A DNA stretch of 64,000 bases from Microgenomates group bacterium (GTDB lineage Bacteria; Patescibacteriota; Microgenomatia; UBA12405). Both the position numbers and the translations under genes were made by a program. The notes under the pieces were generated by a model, which was not told the origin of the DNA, did no database searches, and saw only the letters and a program-made list of their open reading frames with translations. Position 1 is the stretch's first letter. Every line of letters starts with the position of its first letter. Shown here one piece after another: positions 22,901 to 34,900 of this stretch. The stretch spans positions 71,494-135,493 of the forward strand of contig JBAQNJ010000001.1 in the NCBI GenBank assembly GCA_049303675.1, written 5' to 3'.

Positions 22901-25900
22901 TGGCGCCTTAACTTTTACACTTGCCAGTGGTGGTGCTGTTTCTGGAATTGGCAATAGTACTAACGTCGCCGGGGCAGCCGGAGCTTTTACTATTACTGGT
23001 GGCGCCGGTGGAGCAGCCTCGGTTGGAGGAACAGGTTCAAACACAGCTGGAAGCGGTAGTGCTTTTAGCTGGATAGCTGGTGTTGGAGGTTCTGCTTTTG
23101 GCGCCACTTCAGGTATAAATCAAGCTGGGGTTGGTGGTGCTATTACTTTAACCGCTGGACTAGGTGGATTTGCTTCAGGTCTTGATAATGTGGGAAGTAC
23201 AATGGTTAGCAACCGTGCTTCTGGCGCGGGTGGAGCAATAACTATCACCACTGGTGCTGGTCAAATTGGCTTTACCGGTAGCAATAGTGGTGCTCTCACC
23301 CTAGCTACCGGTGCTGCTGGTGTTGGTATTACCGGTGCCAACAGTATTTTAGGTGGATCAAGTGGTGCCCTAAATATCAACGTCGCTGCCGGTGGTGCTG
23401 CCAATGGTGTTGGCTCTAGTTTGTCAGGTCGAATCATTGGTGGTGCAGCTGGATTGTTAACTATGAATTTAGGTGCCGGCGGTGCTGCTACCGGTATCGG
23501 CAATAGTACCAACACTGGTGGCAATGCCGCTGGTTTTACTATTACAGGTGGCGCTGGTGGAGCAGTTTCAGTGGGAGGTACTGGTAATAATAACGGTGGT
23601 ATCGGCTCAGCTTTCTCATGGACATCCGGTGCCGGTGGTGCCGCTTCAGGCTTAACTTCAGGTATAAATACTGCCGGTGCTGGTGGTGCTATTGCTATCA
23701 CTTCTGGTGCAGGAGGTATTGGTTCAGGTAACGGTAACGTTGGTCAAACTATGACTAGTGGTCGTTTTTCCGGTGCCGGTGGTGCCATTTCCATTACCAC
23801 AGGTGCCGGTCAAATTGGCTTTACAGGTAGCAACAGCGGTACCATAACTATCGCTACCGGTGCTGCCGGTGTCGGTATCACTGGTGCCAACAGTATAGTT
23901 GGTGGATCAAGTGGACTCTTATTCATAGGTGCCTCTGCCGGCGGTGCTGCTACCGGTGTTGGCTCAAGTATTTCTGGTCGCATTATCGGTGGCGCCAGCG
24001 GAGGTGTGACCATCGATCCAGGTCTAGGTGGCGCTGCCACGGGTATTGGCGATAGTAGCAATACTGGCGGAAATGCAGGCGTAATTACCATTACTGCCCG
24101 TGCCGGTGGTGCCTCATCCGTCGGCGGTACTGGTACTAACAATGGCGGCATTGGTAGTGCTTTCTTATGGACTGCTGGTACTGGCGGTGCCGCCAATGGC
24201 AACACGACTGGTTTCAATACCGGCGGTGCCGGTGGTGCAATAGCTTTAACTAGTGGTGCCGGTGGTGTAGGTGGTACCAATGCGGTTGGTGCTACCGCCG
24301 CCGTCACTGGTGGTGCTGGAGGTTCATACACGCTCACTGTCGGTGCTGGTGGTGCAGTTGCCAGTGTTGGTGTTACCAGTCTTGGTCGATTAATTGGTGG
24401 TGCTGGTGGTGGTATGACTTTTACCCTCAGTAACGGTGGTGCCGTGTCAGGAATTGGCAATAGTACCAATACCGGCGGTGCTGCTGGTGGTTTTACAATT
24501 AGTGGTGGTGCCGGTGGAGCAGCCTCGGTTGGAGGAACAGGTTCAAATACAGCTGGAGCTGGAAGTGCCTTTTCTTGGACTGCTGGTACTGGTGGTGCCG
24601 CTTCAGGCGCCACCTCAGGCATAAACCAAGCCGGTGCCGGTGGTGCTATCGTCATAACCGGTGGTCTTGGTGGTGCAGCTTCAGGTTTGGACAACATTGG
24701 TAGCACTATGGTTAGTGGTCGTGTTTCTGGAGTTGGTGGAGCAATTTCCATCACCACTGGTGCCGGTCAGGTTGGATTTACTGGTAGCAACAGCGGTGCC
24801 CTCACCCTAGCTACCGGTGCTGCTGGTGTTGGTATTACCGGTGCCAACAGTATTTTGGGTGGATCTAGTGGCGCTCTCAACATCAATGTTGCCGCTGGTG
24901 GTGCTGCCAACAGTGTTGGTGTCACCTTATCTGGCCGGGTTATCGGCGGTGCGGCAGGCTTACTAAGTATGAATCTTGGTGCTGGTGGTGCTGCTACCGG
25001 TATTGGCAATAGTAGTAATATTGGTGGCAATGCTGCCAACTTTACTATCACTGGCAATGCTGGTGGAGCCTCCTCTGTTGGTGGTACAGGGACAAATACT
25101 GGTGGTGTAGGTTCAGTTTTCTCTTGGACAGCCGGCAACGGCGGTGCCGCCAATGGCAATACCACTGGCTTTAACACTGGTGGTAACGGTGGAGGCATAA
25201 CTTTAACCAGTGGTTCCGGTGGTATTGGTGGCACCAATACAGTTGGTGCTACTGCTACAGTAACTGGCGGTACTGGTGGCGCATATGTCTTAACTCTTGG
25301 CAATGGTGGCGCTGTCGCTTCGGTTGGAGTGACTAGTCTTGGTCGGTTAATTGGTGGTGGAAGTGGCTCCCTTAATCTAAATCTTGGTGCTGGTGGTGCA
25401 GTTTCAGGGATTGGAAATAGTACCAATACCGCCGGTACCGCCGGTACTTTCAATATCGTTGGTGGTGCCGGTGGTGCTGCCTCAGTCGGTGGTACGGGTT
25501 CAAATACAGCTGGAAGCGGTAGTGCTTTTCAATGGGTAGCCGGTACAGGTGGTTCTGCCTCGGGTGCCACTTCAGGGATCAATACTGCCGGTGCCGGTGG
25601 TGCTATTACTATTACTGGTGGTCTTGGTGGTGCTGCCACCGGTCTTGACAATCTTGGTACAACTATGGTCAGCAATCGTTTTGCTGGTAATGGTGGTGCC
25701 ATTACCATTACCTCCGGTGCCGGTCAAGTTGGTTTTACTGGTAGCAATGGTGGACTATTTACAATTGCCACTGGTGCAGCTGGTGTCGGTATTACTGGTG
25801 CAAATAGCATTACTGGTGGTGCTGGTGGTACTTTTAACTTTACTACTGCTGCCGGTGGTGCTGCCAACAGTGTTGGAGTCACCCTTTCCGGTCGTGTTAT

Positions 25901-28900
25901 TGGTGGCGCAGGTGGTGTAAATCTATTTACTTTGGGTGCCGGTGGTGCCGCCACCGGTATTGGTAATAGTAGCAATATTGGTGGAAATGCAGGTTCTTTG
26001 ACTTTCACTGGTGGCGTAGGCGGCGCATCATCAGTCGGTGGAACAGGTACAAACACTGGTGGTATCGGTTCAGTTTTTTCCTGGACAGCCGGTAACGGTG
26101 GTGCCGCCAATGGTGTCACAACCGGATTTAACACTGGCGGTGCTGGTGGAGGTATTGCTCTAACCACAGGTACTGGTGGAATCGGTGGAACAGTTGTTGC
26201 TGGAAGCTTGGCCACTTCCACCGGTGGTGCTGGCGGTGCCTACACCATCACCACTGGTGCCGGTGGTGCTGTTGCCTCGGTTGGTGTAACCAGTTTAGGT
26301 AGGATAATCGGTGGAAACAGCAGTGCCCTTACTTTTACTATGGGCAATGGTGGTGCAGTATCTGGTATTGGTAGCAGTACCAATACCTCAGGTAGTGCTG
26401 GCAACTTTGTTATCACTGGTGGTGCTGGCGGTGCCAATTCGGTCGGCGGTACCGGCAACAATACCAGTGGTACCGGTAGTGCCTTTACCTGGACTGCCGG
26501 CAACGGTGGTGCTATAACTGGTGCGACCACAGGTTCAAATATTGCTGGTGCTGGTGGTGCTATTACTATCAAGGCTGGAACTGGCGGTGCCGCCTCGGCT
26601 GGGACTACCAATGTTGGTGGTGCCGGTGGATTTTTATATCTCTCGGCAGGTTTGGGTGGAGTTGGTACTGGTGGTACTTCGGGTACCGGTGGTTCCATTA
26701 TTTTCCAAACCGGCTCAGCCACTACCTATTCCGACCGCATGGCCATCACTGCTAATGGAAATGTTGGGATTGGAACAACTGGCCCTGAGACAAAGTTGCA
26801 AGTCTCTAACGGCGAAATATTAATTGCAGGTTCATCAGGTATCGGCACTCAAAACGGCGCTATTGCTTTTGGTTCGTTATCAGGAGGAACAGCCTTAAAC
26901 TACCAAAGTCGTATTGAAAGTTATGTACCAGCAGGATCGGCTGGCGTTGATTATACCGATCTTAGATTTATAACCAGCTATGGCGCCAAATACGAGAGGA
27001 TGCGAATCAGTGCTTTTGGTTATCTCGGCATCGGCACCACTACTCCCACCAAAAAACTCGACGTCGCCGGTGATATAAATCTTACCGGTACCATTTTTAC
27101 CACTGGTACCTCGGGTACCTCGGGTCAAATCCTCTCCTCCACTGGTACTGGACTATCGTGGATCAACGCCTCAGGTGTTGGCACCACCAAAACTTACTAT
27201 GCCGGATCAGGGTTATCACTTGATATCGGCAACACATTTACCCTAAATTTAGGCAGTAGTAACACATGGACCGCTCTCCAAACCTTTAGTGGCAATTTTG
27301 CCGTCGGCTCCTCCGCCCTCGTTTCTAATTTAAATTCTCAATATTTAAACTTCCATGATGAAACTTATTTCTTAAACATTGGCAATTCTGGTGACTTTAT
27401 TCGAAATCAATTTGCCGCAGATCAAACAGCTAATTTAAGAATAAGTGGTTCCGCTATGTTTGGAGGTAATGTCGGAATTGGCACAACTAACGCTCTCTAC
27501 AAACTAAATGTCGGCGGTACCGCCAACTTCACCAATCTCTTTGCCAGTGGCAATGTCGGTATTGGGACTACAGATCCAACTGAAAAATTAACAGTTAATG
27601 GTCGAATAAAAAGTGATACCACTACTGGATTTATTATAAATAGACCTGCCGTCACAGATCGCAACATCACTATCTACACCACAGGAGGCAGTACCGATTG
27701 GGTAGTCGGCTCTGTCGAGTCTGATCAATTTCCTAGCAGTGATGGAACCGAATTTATGATTGGTACCAACGTCAATAATTCAAAATTATGGATCAACTCC
27801 TCTGGCTCTGTCGGTATCGGCACTACTTCCCCTCTCTACAAACTCGATGTCAATGGTGTAGCCAATGTTACTCAATTAGGTATTGGTGGTACATCTACAG
27901 CTAAATTTAATGTAGTTGGTAATGGTAATATCACTACTTCCTTAACTGTTGGTACTTCACTTTCAGTTACTGGTAATGTCAGTATTGGTGGATCTCTCAC
28001 TGCTGCTTCCCTCCCCGTTGGAGTTGGTACTTCAATTCTTTACATCAGTTCAACTGGAGTTGTCACTAAGGGTCTAAGTATCGGCACCACTTATGCTGCC
28101 GACAATGGCCTTCATATGACAGGAAATATCATTGGTTTAGGTGGGACATTAAACGCAAATACATCTATTGGTACTTCATCTTTTAGCCTAAATATAGGTC
28201 AAGGCAACACTCAAGCGTTATTTATCTCTTCCAGTGGCAATGTTGGAATTGGGACTACTGCACCATCGGGTAAATTTACTGTCGTCGGTAATCAAGGTGA
28301 CTCTCGTTCAGTTTCTATTGACAATCGTGAAATAAAGTTCCGTGGTGACACCGTTGCCCACATGTCAATTTTAGGTCCTGACACAGGTAAATCATTTATT
28401 ACATTTCAGAATACAAGTAACGGTCCATCACTTGGAACCACAGGTCCTGATTTATTAACTATTCTAAGTACTGGTAATGTTGGCATCGGAACGACAAATC
28501 CAACTGCCAAACTAGACATTGCCTCGGGAAATCTCGGACTTATTATCGGTGCAGATGTTAATGCTGACACCAGAACAACAAATACTCGAAAATTTGCCAG
28601 AGTCGGTATTCCTCATTACGATCTCAGCCAAGAAGAAGCAATCGCTTTTTCAATGGATTCTAACTTAGCATTAACAGCCATCAACTTTGGGGGTGGAGCC
28701 GCAACATATAACTCTGCAACTGAGCTGAACTTTTTTACCGGAGCAACTACAACAACACTTGCTGGTACTAATCGTATGAAAATAGATAGCACCGGTAATG
28801 TCGGTATCGGCACCACCGCTCCCACTCAAAAACTCGATGTCAATGGTAGTGTCAATATTGGTGGATCGTTGTCAATCGGCTCCACTTATCTTGTCACCAA

Positions 28901-31900
28901 TCTAAATTCTGACTATCTTGATGGTCAACACAGTAGCTACTTTGTCAATATTGGTCAGACAGGTTCATTTATCACTACTCTCAATGAAGGTATTGGTATT
29001 AGTATCACTGGCTCAGGAATTGGTCGAACCATCGCTCTAGCCAACACCACTGTTACCGCTGGTTCCTACGGCTCCGGTTCATCTATTCCTACCTTCACCG
29101 TTGATGCCCAAGGTCGGTTAACCGCTGCTGGTTCGGTTGCCAATATTGGTACTACCTATTCCGCCGACAACGGTCTCCATATGACCGGAAATGTTATTGG
29201 ATTGGGTGGTTCGTTAACTGAAGCTACTAGACTAAATATCGGCAATACTGAGGTTTTGTATTTATCAGCCTCAGGTAATGTCGGTATTGGCACCACCAAT
29301 CCACTTACCACATTACAGTCAAATGGTTCATTTTCCGTTACTGGTGGTAGTGCTTTTGCTGCTGGAGTCGAAGGACTATTAGCCAAATACAGTAGTAGTA
29401 CCAGTTACATTCAAAGTCAATTAACTGGTACTGGTATGCGAAATCTTGAAATCCATGCTAGTTCTATGGTCTTCAAAACCGGAGTTGGATCAACTGCAAG
29501 TACCAAAATGATAATTGATTCATCTGGCAATGTCGGCATTGGGACAACCTCTCCCACCCAAAAACTTGATGTAAACGGATCAGTTAATATTGGTGGTTCA
29601 CTCTCTATTACCGGTAGTGCTGTTGGTGTCGGCACTTCCATCCTTTACATTGATGCCAATGGTGTGGTTACTAAAGGATTAAGTATTGGCACCACCTATG
29701 CTGCTGACAATGGTCTTCATATGACTGGAAATATCATAGGTCTAGGTGGAACACTCATTGAAAATACAACCATTGGAACTTCTTCATTTGGTCTTGGTAT
29801 TGGTACTGCAGGTAATGCCCTTTACAATTTATCTGTTGGTGGAACTGCTAGCTTTACTAATCTCTTTGCCAGTGGCAATGTCGGGATTGGGGCGACTAAT
29901 CCAGGACAAAAGTTGTATGTTAGTGGTAATACAATTATTACTGGAAATATCGGTGTTGGGACAGTAACTAATGCCACCTCCAAACTACATATAGAAGCTG
30001 CAAATGCCGCTACTTTATATGGAGGCAACCCTGTTGGTAATCAAGGCATATCCGTTATTAACAGCAATGACTCCCTCGGGACACCTTATGGTATCGAGTT
30101 TGGTGGTTATCATGGTTACACAAACAGCGGAATATATGGTGTCATGGACTCATCAGCTGGTGCTACTACTGGAGATATTGCATTCGCCCTAAGAAAACTT
30201 ACTTCTGATACAAACTTTACCGAAGCAATGAGAGTAACGCACGAAGGCAACGTTGGCATTGGTACAACAGGTCCATCTGAATTACTTGATATTAATGGAA
30301 ATCTTATTACTGATGGAATACTTAAATTCAATGAATCAGGTAGAAACAGTAATTTTGAAGGTCAAATATATTACACCTCCGGTGCGGATTGGTTTTTTGG
30401 CAATCGTTACAATTTAGATACTGCCAATATTTATTTCCAAACCAAAACTAGTGGAACACCTGTTAATGCACTTTCTATTTTAGGTAGCGGTAACGTTGGC
30501 ATCGGCACTTCTACTCCATCCCAGCTCCTCGATGTCAACGGATCAGTCAACATTGGTGGTTCATTATCTATCACTGGCAGTGCTGTTGGTGTTGGCACTT
30601 CTATTCTGTATATTGATGCCAATGGTGTGGTTACCAAGGGATTAAGTATCGGCACCACCTATGCAGCTGACAATGGTCTTCATATAACCGGAAATACTAT
30701 TGGTCTTGGTGGAACATTAATTGAAAATACTCAAATAGGCACCTCATCTTTTCATCTCGACTTCATTGGTTTAGGAGGGACACAAAGTCTCCATATTGAT
30801 GAAAGTGGAAACATTGGATTAGGTGGCACAGGCACAGCTGGTACCAAATTTGAGATTACTGATCCCAATCAAACATCATTTAATGGTCTAAGAATTACTA
30901 ACAATAATCCAACATCTGCTGGTGGAAATTCAGCCAACTTGGTTTTCCGAGTCAACAACAACAATGGAGTCGGTGGATATTACGGAGAACTTACTTCAGT
31001 TTCAGCAATCACTGACAATATCGGCGGAGGCGCTCGTGGTACGGCAATGGCATTTTCTGTCTCAGTACCACAGTCAAATCCATCAACCTTATACGAAGTC
31101 TTTAGAGTCTCAAGTCAAGGTAAATTTGGAATCGGCACAACTAGTCCCCAATATGCTCTCCACGTCGGTGGTACAGGCGACGCTTTAATATCCACCCGCC
31201 TCGGCATCGGTTCCACCAACGTACTTTATGCCCTAAATGTAGGCAATACAGCCAATTTTGCCAATCTATTTACTACTAGCAGTGTCAATATTGGTGGGTC
31301 ACTTACCGCGGCTTCCTTACCTGCTGGTATTGGTACTTCTATCCTTTACATTGATGCAAATGGTGTGGTTACCAAAGGTCTAAATGTCGGTACTACCTAC
31401 TCTGCCGACAATGGTCTCCATATGACGGGAAATACTATTGGTTTAGGTGGGACATTAATTGAAAATACAACCATTGGTACTTCATCATTCGGTTTAGGTA
31501 TCGGAGTTACAGGTAATGCCCTTTACAATTTGTCTGTTGGCGCCACAACATCATTAGTTAATTTATTTGCTAGTGGTAATGTTGGTATTGGAACTACAAA
31601 TCCTGGGGTCAAGTTGGATGTATCAGGAGCCTTAACTTCTGCAAATTATCCTCAAAATCTTATTCTAAGAGATACCGCTGGGTTTGCTCAGAATGTAGGT
31701 GGTGGTATAGGATTCTTTGGCAAATACAACACTGCGGGAGACTATGCAGGGTACGCTGCTGTTCAAGGCGTAAAGGAGAATGCGACTGATGGAAATTATG
31801 CTGGTGCTTTACGGTTAATGACAAGAGTAAATTTAGGCGGTTCTTACACAGAACGGGTACGAATTTCGAGTACAGGTAATGTCGGCATCGGTACTTCCTC

Positions 31901-34900
31901 CCCCACTCAACTTCTCGATATCAACGGTTCTGTCAACATTGGTGGTTCACTCTCTATCACTGGTAGTGCTGTTGGTATTGGCACTTCCATCCTTTACATT
32001 GATGCCAATGGTGTGGTTACCAAGGGTTTAAATGTCGGTACTACCTACTCTGCTGACAATGGTCTCCATATGACTGGAAATGTTATTGGATTGGGTGGTT
32101 CGTTAACCGAAGCTACTAGACTAAATATCGGCAATACCGAGGTATTGTATATTTCTTCAAACGGCAATGTCGGTATTGGCACCACCAATCCACTTACTAC
32201 TCTTCAATCTAATGGTACTTTTTCTGTCACCGGTGGTAGTGCTTTTGCCAGTGGAGTCGAAGGACTTTTAGCCAAATATTCTGGTAGTACCAGTTATCTT
32301 CAAAGTCAATTAACTGGTACTGGTATGCGAAATCTTGAAATCCATGCGAGTTCTATGATCTTCAGAACTGGAGTTGGTGCTACCACCAGCACCCGAATGA
32401 CAATCAATTCTTCTGGCTATGTCGGTATCGGCACCACTGCCCCTTCTCAATTCCTCGATGTCAACGGATCAGTCAACATTGGTGGTTCACTCAGCATTGG
32501 TTCAACATTTTTAGTCACCAATCTCAATGCTGACATGATTGATGGCTTACATTCCTCCTCACTGGGTTGGGTAGCCAATGTCGGTACCAGCAATTTGACT
32601 TTAAATACCGGTTCTTCGCTTTCATTTGTCGGTGTTGGTATCTCAGTAACCATGGTGGGTAACACCATGACCTTTACTAGTACCAGTATCGGCACAACCT
32701 ATTCCGCTGACAATGGTTTACACATGACTGGAAATATAGTTGGTTTAGGTGGAACCTTGACCGAATTAACAAAAATTGATCAAAATGGTAACAATTTAGG
32801 TTTCTTTGGCACCGGCAACATTGGAATCGGAACTACCAGTCCCATAGCTGGATCCAAGCTTGATGTTCGCGGTCGGATTACTACCGCCACCAACGACTAC
32901 ATCGCAGGTTCCACCGGTTCACAATTATTCGCCGAAATGGGTGCCACCAATGGTGATACTTATGGAAAACTTCAAGCTTATATTACTGGTGCCACCGCTT
33001 ATGGCAATATTGCCATCAACCCTCTCGGTGGCAAAGTCGGCATCGGTACCACTTCCCCCACTCAAAAACTTGATGTCAACGGTAGTGTCAATATTGGTGG
33101 GTCACTCTCAATCACCGGTTCTGGAGTTGGTGTTGGTACCTCTGTTATGTACATTGATAATAATGGTCTATTAACCAAGGGTATATTATCCGCCACCAAC
33201 GGTCTAAATTTCACCTCAGGTGCCTTTGGTCTCGGTGGCACTCTCACCCAAAACACTCGCCTAACTGTCGGTGACACCACCGTCATGTTTATGAATTCCA
33301 CCTCCGGTTATGTCGGCATCGGCACCACCAGCCCACAAGCCAATTTGGAAATTCCGGGAACTTTCATGGTCAGCTACCCTCCAGTTCCCAATGCCTACAA
33401 TTTAAAAATCGAGTCTTTTTATACCGGTATCGCCAGTGCTGTTAGTTACCGATTTATTACCAAAAGCACTGTCGGCGGTACCAACACCTCACTAACTTTG
33501 GGCTATCAAGGCAACATTGGCGTCGGTTACACCATGCCTGTTGCTAGGCTTCATGTTGTCGGTACTGGTTCATCAAATATTGCTATTTTTGATGGGTCTG
33601 GCAATGTCGGTATTGGCACTACCAATCCCACCTACAAACTCGATGTCGTTGGTGACATTAATCTAACCAGCACAATTTTTGCCAATGGCACCTCCGGCGC
33701 TCCAGGCCAAGTCCTTTCCTCCACTGGCGTCGGTTTGTCATGGATAAATGTCTCCTCGGGAACTACTTATGCCTTTACCAACGGTCTCACCAATACATCA
33801 AACACTATCAGCCTCGGCGGTACTCTGACCTCCAACACCAAATTCAGCGTCGGCAATACCGCCGCTCTATTTGTCAATTCCACTAACGGTTATGTTGGCA
33901 TCGGTAGTAGCGATCCCATCAGTGCCCTGACTGTCAACGGTACTATCTCCGCCAACAAATTTGCCAGTATCACTGATTTCTCCCGCTATTTCATTGACCC
34001 CGCCAACACCTCCGATGTCAATGGTTCCATCGCCCTTCATGCCAATGGTTCCCTGCTCTTCAACGTCGAAACTGTCGGCAATACCCAAGTCGCCGTTGTC
34101 GGCACTACTTCCACTCGTCTCAAAAGTTATTCCAACGGTTTTGGAATAGACACCAATATCGGTACTCTTGGAGTTGGTGCCACTATCAACTGGTCCACCG
34201 CCCTCTTTGTCGGTAGTAGTGGTTACATCGGTATTGGCACCACCAATCCTACCGCTCAACTAGAAATAGCCGGTTCTAGCTCCACTATCTCCAATTCTAG
34301 TGGTGATATCACCATCAATTCCGCTTCCAATCTCATTTCCTTCTCCGGTGACAATATTGGCAATATCTTAAATGGTTATTTCTCCGGTTCTGTCGGTGTC
34401 GGTACTTCATCCCCCACCGCCAGTTTACATGTTGTTGGGGCTGGGTCATCAGCCATCGCTGTATTTGAAGGTTCAGGCAACGTCGGTATTGGCACCGCCA
34501 ATCCAACAGCAAAATTGGTAATTAGTGGCACCAATGGCACTCTCCGGTTCAACCCCAGCCAGGGAACCTCGGGTGAAATTCCCTCTGGTACTTTACTTAG
34601 CTCCGATTCTGACAACCTTACCTTAGTACCAGCCGAAAATACCGGAACTACCGGCAAAAAACTTAGTTTAGAATATTTCAATCAAACTGGTTGGTATTCT
34701 GGTCTTGAGCTTGCCAATGTCGCCAGTGGCTATGGCAATTTAGTCCTCATGAAAACCGGTGGCAATGTTGGTATTGGTATCACGGATCCAACAAGTAAAC
34801 TCCATATTAGTATTGGCACCACCGCTAGCCCAATTACTGGTGGTGGTGACGGAATTAATATCACAAATACCGACACAACTGCCAACTCAAAGAGTAGAAT

